A stretch of DNA of 64,000 bases from Tortispora ganteri (lineage: Eukaryota). Under the pieces are notes generated by a model. The model did not search any database, was not told the DNA's origin, and was given only the letters and a program-made list of their open reading frames with translations. Shown here piece after piece: positions 41,001 through 50,665 of the stretch. The stretch spans positions 186,001 to 250,000 of the forward strand of contig PPNB01000011.1 of assembly GCA_003707115.1 (NCBI GenBank), read 5' to 3'. A program made the translations under genes and the position numbers. The stretch's first letter is position 1. Each line of letters starts with the position of its first letter.

Positions 41001-43477
41001 CCACCACGTCCGTCACCGAATATCTGCACCTCGACGTGACGCGAATTGTCAATGAAGCGTTCAAGGAAAACACCAGAATCGTTAAAGAACTGTTGGCCTA
41101 AACGGCGTACTGAATCATATGCAGCAACTAACTCCTCTTCGTTGTTGCAACGTTGCAAGCCGATTCCACCACCTCCAGCAGTAGACTTCAGCATTATAGG
41201 GTATTCGATCTTCTTGGCAGCAGCAACTGTTTCCTCTAACGAGGCTAGCAGACCAGTTCCAGGAACAAGAGGCACCTTTGCTTTCTCAGCAATCTCACGA
41301 GCAGAGTGTTTAAGGCCCATAGATTTGATTACGGAGGCAGAAGGGCCAACAAAAACAATAGAATTCTTCTCGCAAGCTTCTGCAAAATCCGCGTTTTCGG
41401 AGAGGAAACCATAGCCTGGAATAATAGCCTGGGCATTGGTTTTCTTAGCAGCTGCAATAATCTTTTCAATAGACAGATACGTTTCTGCAGCAGTGTCGCC
41501 TTCTAAGAAAACTGCCTCGTCTGCTTCAAGAGCGTGAGGAGCATACCGATCTGAGGCAGAGTAGACCGAAACGGATCCTATTTTCATCTTTTTTAAAGTT
41601 TTCAGAATACGCACGGCAATTTCGCCTCTGTTAGCTATTAAAACTTTCTCAAAAGGGCGCTTAACTGAGGAAGTCTTGGTGGATTCGATGTACTTCCGCC
41701 ACCCTCCATATTGCGAGATATCGACAGCAGCGGGATCGGAGTACCCGGTCTCTTCACATATAAATCCCTTAACAATATCGCCAGAAGCCAGCTCAACAGA
41801 TCCAATTCCTAGAGGCCCCGGGATCAGAGAAACAAACTTGCCGAAGTTCTCAACAGGGATGTCGTAGGTCTCGATTTCAATAGAAACGCCGCCAGACACT
41901 ACTTTACGAAGACCCGGTTTCGCTGGAACCGTACCAGCAAGAGCATATAGCTTGTAATTCGGAGACGTAGAGGTCTTTTCTACGAAGACAGCCTTTGCAT
42001 CTTCCAGTTGATAGTGAAGCGGCATGCCCTTTAAGTGGGCGCCTACTACTGACACTCTCACAGTATCAGCAGGTTTAGGCAGGCCAGGGATAAGTTTGTC
42101 TTCGTTTTTAGCAATTACAGCATTTGAGTTTCCTAGAAGACGCTCCTTAGGAGACAAAAACTTCTCAGCGAGGTCCAGGAGTGCATAATCGTTGAACTTC
42201 CTGGATATCAGAGTGACGCCGAAAGGAAGACCGTCTTTGCGAAAACCGACGGGAATAGCCAACGCAGATAAGTCACTTAGGTTGACAAAGTTAGTATAAG
42301 TGCCTTGTTTGCTGTTGCATGCGATAGGCTCTTTAGCTATGTCGTCGAAAGAAGGCACCAAAGGACAAGTAGGCACGATGAACCCGTCTACGTCTGCAAA
42401 CTGGATTTCTATCTGTCTTAGAATACTCTTTCTAAGGTATTCGTACTTAAAAGCATCCTCAGCTGAGAAATTTTCGGCCTTGAGAATGATTTCGCGTACT
42501 ACAGGGTCCATATCTTCTTTGTGTTCTTTAATAAAATCAGAAATCGCAGCGTATCGTTCAGCTACCCAAGGACCTTCGTAGAGGCATGCGGCCAGCTTGT
42601 AAAGGATATCAAAACTTTTGGGAACGAGATCGACGCCGATCTGCTTGAAATTGTCTAGCGCTGTATCGTAAAGCTCTGGGTTCTGGGTGTCATTATACCA
42701 TAGTGGTTTATCCGGTATAGCGAACCTAGGTGACGGGCCAAAAGTGGTCAAAGGATGTTCTGGCAACGCACGAGAATAACCATCACGTGGGTCGTACTTT
42801 GCGACTATGGAGAAGACGAGCTGAGCGTCAGCCAAAACCAGAGCAAAGATCGACACGGTATCGAGAGATCTACATGCGGGTATGACACCTGTGCACGAGA
42901 GCAGACCTAGCGAGGGTTTGAGACCGATGATGTTGTTCAGACCAGCAGGAACACGGCCAGAGCCGGCGGTGTCAGTGCCGAAGGAGAAAGGTGCAATTCC
43001 GCGTGCGACAGTTGACGCGGAGCCAGAAGATGAGCCACCGGAAACGTGGTTAGGTGAGAAAGCGTTTGGCACCTTGCCGTAAGGAGACCGGGTGCCCACT
43101 AGGCCAGTGGCAAACTGATCGAGGTTACTTTTTCCGAGAACAATGGCGCCAGCTTTCTTGATGTGATCGACTACTACGGCGTCCTCAGCAGCCAAGTAGG
43201 AGTAGGAAGGACATGCAGCGGTAGAGTTAAACCCAGCAACGTCGATATTATCCTTTACAACGCACGGAACGCCGTATAAGGGAAGATCTTTAGCATGAGG
43301 CAGCTTTTGCAGAGCTTCCCATTGCGAGGTGATGAGGCTAGGAGTTGCGATTTGGATCCAGGCAGGGTCGTCGGAGCTGAGGGTAGATAGATGGTCTAAG
43401 AGGAATGAAAGACCTTCGGAGCTCTTGAGACCCAGCATGTGGTCTCGCCACTGAGAAATAGTCCAGCCTTGCACCAT
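38057..43477 (-). CDS. DUR1,2: Urea amidolyase (allophanate hydrolase-urea carboxylase fusion)
   Basis: Amidase signature GGSSSGS/GTDTAGSGRVPA, biotin carboxylase VLIANRGEIA and ERDCSLQRRNQKV, CT domains and biotinyl EAMKTE. 1806 aa. Confidence 0.98.
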   Translation of the reverse strand: MVQGWTISQWRDHMLGLKSSEGLSFLLDHLSTLSSDDPAWIQIATPSLITSQWEALQKLPHAKDLPLYGVPCVVKDNIDVAGFNSTAACPSYSYLAAEDAVVVDHIKKAGAIVLGKSNLDQFATGLVGTRSPYGKVPNAFSPNHVSGGSSSGSASTVARGIAPFSFGTDTAGSGRVPAGLNNIIGLKPSLGLLSCTGVIPACRSLDTVSIFALVLADAQLVFSIVAKYDPRDGYSRALPEHPLTTFGPSPRFAIPDKPLWYNDTQNPELYDTALDNFKQIGVDLVPKSFDILYKLAACLYEGPWVAERYAAISDFIKEHKEDMDPVVREIILKAENFSAEDAFKYEYLRKSILRQIEIQFADVDGFIVPTCPLVPSFDDIAKEPIACNSKQGTYTNFVNLSDLSALAIPVGFRKDGLPFGVTLISRKFNDYALLDLAEKFLSPKERLLGNSNAVIAKNEDKLIPGLPKPADTVRVSVVGAHLKGMPLHYQLEDAKAVFVEKTSTSPNYKLYALAGTVPAKPGLRKVVSGGVSIEIETYDIPVENFGKFVSLIPGPLGIGSVELASGDIVKGFICEETGYSDPAAVDISQYGGWRKYIESTKTSSVKRPFEKVLIANRGEIAVRILKTLKKMKIGSVSVYSASDRYAPHALEADEAVFLEGDTAAETYLSIEKIIAAAKKTNAQAIIPGYGFLSENADFAEACEKNSIVFVGPSASVIKSMGLKHSAREIAEKAKVPLVPGTGLLASLEETVAAAKKIEYPIMLKSTAGGGGIGLQRCNNEEELVAAYDSVRRLGQQFFNDSGVFLERFIDNSRHVEVQIFGDGRGGAISLGERDCSLQRRNQKVIEETPGPFIPEKVRIGLRQSAESLAKTMKYKCAGTVEFIYDSVREEFYFLEVNTRLQVEHPVTEEVTGLDLVEWMLLVAADTPPDFSQKIKIKGASMEARLYAENPAKDFNPSPGQITNVSFPDDARIDTWISKGSEVSANYDPMIAKIIVYGKDRNEALDKLIKALDETSVGGIVTNIDYLRAIARTSFFRSGDVYTRVLDTFSYKPNAVEVTVPGSYTTVQDYPGRKLLWHIGVPPSGPMDDYAFRMANRLVGNHSNAPGIECTLMGPTLLFHRDGIAAVCGGEAKVTIDDEPVSMWRPIQIRSGQKLSVGKLINGCRSYIAIRGGIDVPEYLGSRSTFALGNMGGFNGRVLKFGDVIFLGDESVKACEIPAPVSEPAEPSTAVIPKYPKTWKIGVMAGPHTSPDFFLPQSIDTLLSSEWKVHYNSNRFGVRLIGPKPEWARKDGGEAGLHPSNAHDYVYAIGALNFTGDEPVILTCDGPSLGGFVCPVTVVEAEMWKVGQLKPGDMIQFVLVDFQGALQLKKAYDDVIENLKDEVPEDLVLSIQSKLEDPVLYRSEARDGIPKIVYRQAGDRYILVEYGDNLLDLRMPYRVYRLTQLVFKNYTTGVIEMSPGVRSVLIEFDGTKTSQKKLLDTLIKYENELVFDDNWSVPCRRVRLPMAFEDTKTLAAVQRYQETIRSKAPWLPNNVDFLQKVNQLDSRDKVKDLMYRAQFLVLGVGDVFLGAPCAVPLDPRDRLVGTKYNPSRTFTPEGTVGLGGMYMCIYGMDSPGGYQLIGRTIPIWDKLVLGQQNRPWLVDPFDIIEYYPISEEELDKLSEEVKHGRYTIDITQSMFNHGEYCKWIEENKTSIEEYQKNVMEGTEEIAKLIQVANDELEQNSMSNAVEDEDFGDDAVMVYGEVAGRFWKALVKPGDKVVKGQGLIVVEAMKTEMTVTAPQDGEVLKVCHKSGDFVEAGDLIAVLK

Positions 43478-43885
43478 TTCAGTTTAAAAACTCGGACACT
43501 AAAAGTGGAATGTGAGGTAGAAAAGGAAGACTGAGAGAACCGGTAAGAAGACGCAGAGAAATACAGTATTGAGAATTAAGGTTTTAGATAGCTGAACACC
43601 TTGTCAATCTTCCGGCAAAACGGGTCATAAAAAGGCAGGCCTTACAGCAGCAGCAGCAGCTCAAACTGTGTAGCAATAACTTTGCAGTCCAGGTGAGATA
43701 TAATTTTTTGTGCAATATATAAATGTTTGATAGTTGTATTAAAGCTTTTAAGGAGCATTTCGCTGACATTCTGTCCGAGACTGTCCGGCACCTGTGATGG
43801 TACAAGGTTCACTGCTCTAAACTCTAATGGTCTAGATAAGATCCCTCCCCGACGGGCATACGGCCAATGAGAAAGCTTCAATAGC

Positions 43886-43901
43886 TCGGAGATGTCCGTA
43901 C
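43886..43901. promoter_or_regulatory. TCGG-N6-CCG Ppr1/UaY-type site in the DUR1,2/APE1 divergent promoter; GATAAG at 43835
   Basis: TCGG AGATGT CCGTAC; further TGTCCG half-sites at 43772 and 43782. Confidence 0.55.
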
Positions 43902-44611
43902 ACTACTAGTTCTGCCGCCCACACTAGTCGCCTGCTTGTAGAGGCCAATCGCGGTCGCTGCTAAAGAACATCCAAAACCGCCGGGCTTGTATATCTTCGG
44001 ACTGGCGAATGATTAAGAGCAGTTTGCATTGCAGCCCCGATCTACGCCGCTACCTCCGCACGATCAGACACGCACTACCTACCGTTCAAGCCAGCCCTAA
44101 GCGCCCACTGACTCATTTAGTCAGTTCCTTAAAGCCTATTTAAGCTTCCTAATTTCTGCAATGAACAGATGTCAATTTATAGAGTAAGGCAACGCTGCTA
44201 TTGGAAGTTGCTCGCAGACACGACTCAGCCAGTCGCTGCTGCAATCGCTTCGATGATATATGTCACGTGACATTTATGCTCCCAAGTTATCAACTTGTGC
44301 GTACATTTTTAAAGGTAGTACCAGATCGCTGTCATCTCCACGTGCGACCTATGCAACGTATAGCGCTGGTCTCTAATATAGCATTTAACTGCATAATACA
44401 CATATATGTACATGGTTTTTTTTTTACTTATATGATTACCCTGATGTTCAGCGATTATATGGACAGCTTCCATATATTCACTATCTTCCCAAGGGGTCTC
44501 CTCCCCACACCCACTTCCTAGCCACGCTTTGCTGTCCAGCCACTCTCCTCCACCCTACCCTTAATCTATCTTTGTGACTTACACTACTCGCCACATTCTT
44601 TAGACCATATA

Positions 44612-46120
44612 ATGTCAAGCTCTCAAGTATTGCAAGACTCCTTACGATCCCTTATTGAGGAAAATAGACGTCTAGTCGACAAGTTGACCCTACTAGAGCC
44701 TCCGGCTACCAAGGAGTCTTCTACCCCTGCTCGCCCCTCAAAGGCCCCCGAGAAGTCGTACTCGGAACAGTACGTTGAATGGACTCCGCAGTGCCCCACC
44801 GTCTACCATGCCGTTAGTTCGCTTACCCAGAAACTTTTAGATGCTGGGTTTGTACAATTGAGCGAACGCGACCACTGGGACAACCTGGGAGCAGGTACCA
44901 AGGCTTTCGTCGTTCGAAACGGTTCCTGTCTTATCGCGTTCGTCGTCGGCGGCGACATAAAGGAGAAAGACCCCGGTTTTGGTATGGTCGGATGCCATGT
45001 TGATGCGATAACTGTTCGTCTGAAACCATTGTCTAAGAAAACCGCAGACGGTGGCTACACTATGCTGGCGGTCGCTCCCTATGCCGGAGGACTCAATCCT
45101 ACGTGGTGGGACCGTGATCTAGGGCTGGGCGGAAGAGTCCTTGTGAAGTCCGCTGACGGGACAATTGCTACCAAGTTAATTCATTTTGATCACCCAGTTG
45201 CTCGCATTCCGACCTTGGCGCCCCATTTCGGAGCGCCCGCTGATGGACCTTTCAATATGGAAACCCAAATGACCCCTATCATCGCTCTGGAGCCTGCTGA
45301 TCCTACCGACAATGAACCCACAGCGGAAGAGGCAAAGTCTCACTTAGTTAACAGGCACAATATCCATCTGTTGCGTGCGATTGCAGAAAATCTCGACGTC
45401 AAAGTTGCAGACCTGCTTGACTTCGATCTCGAACTCTTCGACACTCAACCCGCGGCTTTCGGTGGCCTCAAGAAAGACTTCCTCTTCGCCCCGCGCATCG
45501 ACGACAAGATCTGCTCGTTTGCCGCTTTGAATGCACTGATCGATTCGGCAGACGAATATGTGGCCTCTGGAGATGCCGTAATCATGTGTGGTCTTTTCGA
45601 CAACGAAGAAATCGGCTCGCTTACTAGACAGGGCGCGCGTGGTGGACTGCTCGAAAACTCGATCAGACGCATCAGCGAATTCAACAGCTGGAATGTAGAC
45701 ATATCTCTAGCCAAATCGTTCCTTATCTCTGCAGATGTGTCTCACGCCTACAACCCAAACTTCCCTAACGTGTACCTTGAAAACCACCGCCCGCAGCTGA
45801 ACGTGGGCCCTGTTGTGTCGTGCGATGCCAGCGGACACATGGCCACAGATGCTGTAAGCACTGTATTTGCCGAAGCTATTGCGAAGAAATGTGGCTCTAC
45901 ATTGCAGTACTTCCAAATTCGAAACGATTCGCGATCTGGTGGCACTATTGGTCCCATGCTCTCTGCGTCGATGGGCTGCCGCACTATCGACATCGGTATC
46001 GGACAACTATCTATGCACTCTATTCGCGCAACAACCGGCTCCAAAGACGTCGATCTTTTTTGGAAATTTGTTTGCGGCTTTTATTTGAATTGGAAAGAGG
46101 TAGATTCGAAATTTGTCTGA
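44612..46120 (+). CDS. APE1: Vacuolar aminopeptidase I (M18) with helical propeptide
   Basis: HVD, WWDRDLGLGGRV, PRIDDKICSF, FDNEEIGS, GGTIGP and LSMHSIR; amphipathic N-terminal propeptide. Confidence 0.9.
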   Translation: MSSSQVLQDSLRSLIEENRRLVDKLTLLEPPATKESSTPARPSKAPEKSYSEQYVEWTPQCPTVYHAVSSLTQKLLDAGFVQLSERDHWDNLGAGTKAFVVRNGSCLIAFVVGGDIKEKDPGFGMVGCHVDAITVRLKPLSKKTADGGYTMLAVAPYAGGLNPTWWDRDLGLGGRVLVKSADGTIATKLIHFDHPVARIPTLAPHFGAPADGPFNMETQMTPIIALEPADPTDNEPTAEEAKSHLVNRHNIHLLRAIAENLDVKVADLLDFDLELFDTQPAAFGGLKKDFLFAPRIDDKICSFAALNALIDSADEYVASGDAVIMCGLFDNEEIGSLTRQGARGGLLENSIRRISEFNSWNVDISLAKSFLISADVSHAYNPNFPNVYLENHRPQLNVGPVVSCDASGHMATDAVSTVFAEAIAKKCGSTLQYFQIRNDSRSGGTIGPMLSASMGCRTIDIGIGQLSMHSIRATTGSKDVDLFWKFVCGFYLNWKEVDSKFV

Positions 46121-46348
46121 TGCATTCGCTGGTTTGCATTACAGAAAACAATACATTGTACCGCCAGGTGCAGTATATACGGCTGATAAAGTTTACACAC
46201 ATATGACCCCCTTTCAGAAATTCTCAGACCTAAAACCCACACGCGTTAGAAACAGGACAACAAGTCACAGATTTTTGTCCTGAATTCGCAAGTAGCAAGG
46301 GATAAATACGCCACACCTTGTTAGTACAACAGATATTTGACTAATAAG

Positions 46349-46936
46349 ATGCTTTTTACCAGGATTTTGCTCTACTTTGCACTCCTAGTGAGTGCCCATA
46401 ATGTTGCATTACGGCCTCGAGGAAGAGAATGCTTCTTCGAGGATTTAAACCCAGGCGACGTGTTGAGACTTAATTTCATGGCATCTGATCGCACTAGACA
46501 GGTCAGTTCGCCGAAAATTGACTTTTTTGTAACCGATCATGCTGGAAGAATTATTGAAAGCAAATCTCAAGTCTCCTCTGGCGACTGGGAAACGGTCATT
46601 GATACAAAAGGCCGCTACAAGTACTGTTTCTCTAACGATGCTTCAGATAATGTAGGTATTGAGGTTTTGTTTAATGTTCATGGAATTATGCATGTCGACC
46701 CCGGTGCAGATGACGAATTAGCACGAGAAGTGAACAGACTGCGCGACATCGTGAGACAGGTCAAGGACGAACAAGAATACATAATTGTCCGCGAAAGAAC
46801 TCACAGAAACACCGCTGAGTCCACTAATTCTCGTGTGAAATACTGGTCTGTATTTCAATTACTGGTTTTAGTGTCTAATGTCAGTTTTCAGATCTGGTAT
46901 CTAAAACGCTTCTTCGAAGTAAAAGCTGTTATCTAA
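46349..46936 (+). CDS. EMP24: p24/GOLD cargo receptor, Emp24 type
   Basis: Signal peptide, ECFFE, YKYCFSN, EQEYIIVRERTHRNTAESTNSRVK, TM segment and KRFFEVK tail. Confidence 0.92.
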   Translation: MLFTRILLYFALLVSAHNVALRPRGRECFFEDLNPGDVLRLNFMASDRTRQVSSPKIDFFVTDHAGRIIESKSQVSSGDWETVIDTKGRYKYCFSNDASDNVGIEVLFNVHGIMHVDPGADDELAREVNRLRDIVRQVKDEQEYIIVRERTHRNTAESTNSRVKYWSVFQLLVLVSNVSFQIWYLKRFFEVKAVI

Positions 46937-47081
46937 TGAACAAACTTTCAGCTTAGAATGAACGAAGAAGAAACAAGTAAGAAGTTTATTGAATCGAGTG
47001 CTATTTCGTTCTTATATCTGCTCGTTTCCTTCTAATGAGTCTAATCTCATAATAAAAAATATATGTCTCATAAATTGGTAA

Positions 47082-48665
47082 TCATTTCTCTGCAACCCAC
47101 AGCGATAGTCGTCCCTTGACCCCTAATATTCCAGATAAAGCACACGCCCAGTCCTCATCGTCTGCAAGAACCACTTTGTCGCCCTCTTCATCTAAATTCC
47201 AGATCCTCAGAGGTCTCCGGCATTCGAGTTTGTCTTGAATTTTCTTAGCCAGACGTTTGAACTCGATATTGGCTGGAACAGATGTCGTTCTTGTGTCTCC
47301 GCGGAAATGAATTTTTAGTCTTATAGCATTTGGGCTCCCTTTAATGCGCTGCTCAACATCGTCCTGTTGCGCAACGGCCTTGCTCTCTGGAAGGTACACA
47401 TCTTCAACGTCAAATTCTTCTTCTTCCATTAAATCGGCAGGAACAGTCCATTCCTCCATGTTAAGCGATGGCGTGGCCACATCTACGTTGTCCAGATGAC
47501 CTTTATTCACAATTATCTCGGGTTTAGATCCTTGCTGTGCACTCTGATATGGCATCGATTGGAAATCTAGAGTCTTCTGCGGCCTCTGATGGGCGTCCAC
47601 GTCTGAAGGAGTTCTCTTGATTTTTGAACTAACTGAACGAATAATGCGCTGTACTGGTGACCTCACGTTGCCCCGTCCGGGGCTGTATAAGGAAGAATCT
47701 AGTGGGGGAGTGACCGGCGAGGATAGCTCTGCGGGTGCCGACGATGACATCGAAGTCTCTGAGGGACTGCGATCTCGCGGTGATTTATTACCGGACCCAA
47801 CAGCCATATGTGAACCCGAAAGGTTTGGCATCACCAGGTTGCTCGCAGCGTACGACTTCACAGTACTATCGGGTATTGACTGCGCAGAGTCGGAAGAATT
47901 AGTCTTACGAAGTGAAAGGCTTCGTTGTGTAGACTTAACAAGCTGCTTGAACTCTTTATCAGATAACGTAGCAGAGTCGTACCGGTCATCATACACGGAA
48001 GATGCAGCTACAGAAGCAGATCGGTTAATGGTAGAGCCAGTCAGTTTCGGTGATCCTGTAAGACTCTTGCTGCGGCCTATAAAGTCCTTCGGAGCCAAGT
48101 TGCGTACTTTTAATTCTGCTGGACGATATATCACACCAGAAGGAACAGAAAAAACTGTGTAACCTTCCCCTTGCTCAGTAATAGCCTCGTCAATTACGTC
48201 GTGCGAATGTGTGACCTTCTCTTTCTGCGCATAGCACAAGTCATTCATGCCTTTGCGGATCTGGCCCATATATATAAAGCAAAGACCCCTATTAAATAAT
48301 ATTTCGCATGCATAGAGTTTAAAGTCAAGGCCTAGTTGTCTGTAGTCGATAACGCTGTTACCGCGAAGAAAAGAAAGGGCATCGTTAAAATTAGCTGCAG
48401 CCTTTTCGAACTTTCCAAGAAGAAAATTAGAGACGCCCATCTGGAAAGCAGCAACTGCAAGGTACCGATCTCTCGACAAGGCTACTTCAAATGCCATTAC
48501 TGCACGCTGATGATTCGCTATAGTGGCATATATGATTCCTTGATTAAAAGCAATCTTCGATGTAAGGTCCATACTTTTGAAAATCTCAATAGCCTCCTCG
48601 TATTCGTGATTCTCATAGCATTTTCCAGCAGTCACCCACAACTCAATCTGCCTCCTTATACTCAT
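47082..48665 (-). CDS. noxR: NADPH oxidase regulator NoxR (p67phox homologue; TPR domain and C-terminal PB1)
   Basis: MSIRRQIELW, YLAVAAFQMGVSNFLLG, LRGNSVIDYRQLGLDFKLYACEILFNRG, activation region GYTVFSVPSGVIYRP and PB1 (IRLKIHF...DEEGD). Confidence 0.92.
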   Translation of the reverse strand: MSIRRQIELWVTAGKCYENHEYEEAIEIFKSMDLTSKIAFNQGIIYATIANHQRAVMAFEVALSRDRYLAVAAFQMGVSNFLLGKFEKAAANFNDALSFLRGNSVIDYRQLGLDFKLYACEILFNRGLCFIYMGQIRKGMNDLCYAQKEKVTHSHDVIDEAITEQGEGYTVFSVPSGVIYRPAELKVRNLAPKDFIGRSKSLTGSPKLTGSTINRSASVAASSVYDDRYDSATLSDKEFKQLVKSTQRSLSLRKTNSSDSAQSIPDSTVKSYAASNLVMPNLSGSHMAVGSGNKSPRDRSPSETSMSSSAPAELSSPVTPPLDSSLYSPGRGNVRSPVQRIIRSVSSKIKRTPSDVDAHQRPQKTLDFQSMPYQSAQQGSKPEIIVNKGHLDNVDVATPSLNMEEWTVPADLMEEEEFDVEDVYLPESKAVAQQDDVEQRIKGSPNAIRLKIHFRGDTRTTSVPANIEFKRLAKKIQDKLECRRPLRIWNLDEEGDKVVLADDEDWACALSGILGVKGRLSLWVAEK

Positions 48666-49276
48666 AACACTTATTAAACGTAAACAAACCAGTGATTAGG
48701 CGCCAAATCTAGAGATAATATATCAGAAGTTACCAAGGGGGTTTGCTCGATACTTTCTTAACTGCATCATTCCAGTGGGTGTAGCTTTTTAGAGTTTCAT
48801 TATTCCTAAACTCTAATCTTGCTTCTAAGAATAGATTTTCACTACACTATGCACTACAAAAAAAGCATTTATCTATGCGGAGACCTTTTAATTCTCCTCG
48901 TATCTGCACAGTCTCTTTTCATGTATATGTAGATTTGGGTATAATTAATTAGAAGTTGAGTGAACACAGGAGCGGCTAACGCGGTCTGTATAACGAAAGG
49001 TACCACTTAAACTCTCTTAAACTCTCCTTATTGCATATGTCAGGTCTTGGAATGTATGATCTAAGGCACTATAACCCGTAGCGACATTCAAAAGAAATAA
49101 AACTGAAATCAAAAATTGCATGTTAGATTCTCCTCTTTTGCATATTCTGACTTCCCTTAAACTTTGTAAACACGCCTTACTTTACCGGGGGGTTTTACTG
49201 CACCTTTGTAACCAGTCTTTGTGTGTATCTGAAACACGCCAAAGCTTGAAATTTGCTACATGCATGGCTCTTCCAT

Positions 49277-50665
49277 TTAAAGAACAATATCAGCGCACTT
49301 CAGCGCTTCTGCAACAATGAGTGAGCTCCTGCGGAACTTGCGTTCTGCAAATTTCTCAAAAATCACATTGTGGGTCTCCTTTGGTGATCGACACATTTCA
49401 AGGAATATCTCCATCGCTGGTACAAGCTGATTGTAGGTATAGTTGGAGTAGTAGACATGCGCAGCTGTCCATCCTCCCTTTCCAAGAACTTTGCGAGACA
49501 AACAATGAGATGCTGCAGAAATCCAACTGGCAGGGGCTCCAACAAATCTTTCGTCCATAATAGACATCTCAAGAAAATATTTGGCCAATGTTCTAGTAGA
49601 TGTGTCGTAATCATCTGCTTTTGATGAGCGCCTTAGGAAACTCATGGGACCAGGATATGCCATGTTAAATTCTAATACTCCCACAAAAAATCTCTCGGCT
49701 TTAAGCAGCTCTTCGACAGTGTAGGCATGATCAATCATATAAATGATCTCTTGTGCTGAAGGGCAATTGACTTCCTCAAATTTAGCAGCAATAAAGATAG
49801 CTGTTGCTCCCATTAACTGCAAGCTAGAAAGGTCAATTTTTTTCTTTGAGAGGAAACGATCAACGTAATTAATGGTAAGAAATAATGTTTCAGATAAAAG
49901 CTGAAATCTTGCATGAACTTGAACTAACCATTCAACTAATATAGTGCGATACTCCCATTGTATATCAGTTTGATGGTCCATGTAATGAGGGTCAGGAGAC
50001 ATATCTGATTCGAGCTTGTGCATGTATTCGAAAATCTCATCTGCGTACTCCAATACCATAGAGACGTCATAAGTGTCTTCATCTTTTTCCATAACATCAG
50101 GAGTAAGTTTAGACGCAAACTCCGCCTTGGTTCTGCTCAGTTCTGCTACATCGTGAGGCTCGTATATTGGGTACACAGCTTTAGGGTTGGTACGTGATAA
50201 TGCCTTGAGCGCTTCTCGCTGCTTGCTTTGGTACTCGAATGAGTTGATATCTTCTTCGGACATCTGAGATTCAGTATCCGACATGGGATCCGTCAACTCT
50301 GAATCATTGATTCTGCTAGCAATAGCGTCATGATAAACAGATGCAGAAGAACTATATCCAGTTAATTCAGGCTCCAGCTTCTTATGACGAGCGACTGCAA
50401 TGTCATTACATCCGACGTGGTCTACATAAACGTGTTTACGTTTAGTCGGATCAGCGGTAACATGCTGTTTCGCGCTAGGAGCAGCCAGTACTTGCTTGCT
50501 AACATTAGTGGTCAGATTTCCAAGTACTACTCTCTGAGATCCAGGATTAGTAGCAGGCTTTAGTGCCTTAAGGCCGCCATTCTTGGATGGATGGGCGAAC
50601 TTGGAGACATCATTTTCATTGTAATGGCGGCTTGAGGTTTTCAGTGTGTATGTTTTCTTTTCCAT
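49277..50665 (-). CDS. B-type cyclin, Clb3/Clb4 type
   Basis: D-box RVVLGNLTTN, EDTYDVSMVLEYADEIFEY, cyclin box and PGPMSFLRR..KADDYD. Confidence 0.92.
   Translation of the reverse strand: MEKKTYTLKTSSRHYNENDVSKFAHPSKNGGLKALKPATNPGSQRVVLGNLTTNVSKQVLAAPSAKQHVTADPTKRKHVYVDHVGCNDIAVARHKKLEPELTGYSSSASVYHDAIASRINDSELTDPMSDTESQMSEEDINSFEYQSKQREALKALSRTNPKAVYPIYEPHDVAELSRTKAEFASKLTPDVMEKDEDTYDVSMVLEYADEIFEYMHKLESDMSPDPHYMDHQTDIQWEYRTILVEWLVQVHARFQLLSETLFLTINYVDRFLSKKKIDLSSLQLMGATAIFIAAKFEEVNCPSAQEIIYMIDHAYTVEELLKAERFFVGVLEFNMAYPGPMSFLRRSSKADDYDTSTRTLAKYFLEMSIMDERFVGAPASWISAASHCLSRKVLGKGGWTAAHVYYSNYTYNQLVPAMEIFLEMCRSPKETHNVIFEKFAERKFRRSSLIVAEALKCADIVL

Noticed and set aside
46960..47035. Imperfect inverted repeat between the convergent EMP24 and noxR 3' ends
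   Set aside because: Short purine/pyrimidine-tract complementarity with mismatches; likely chance.
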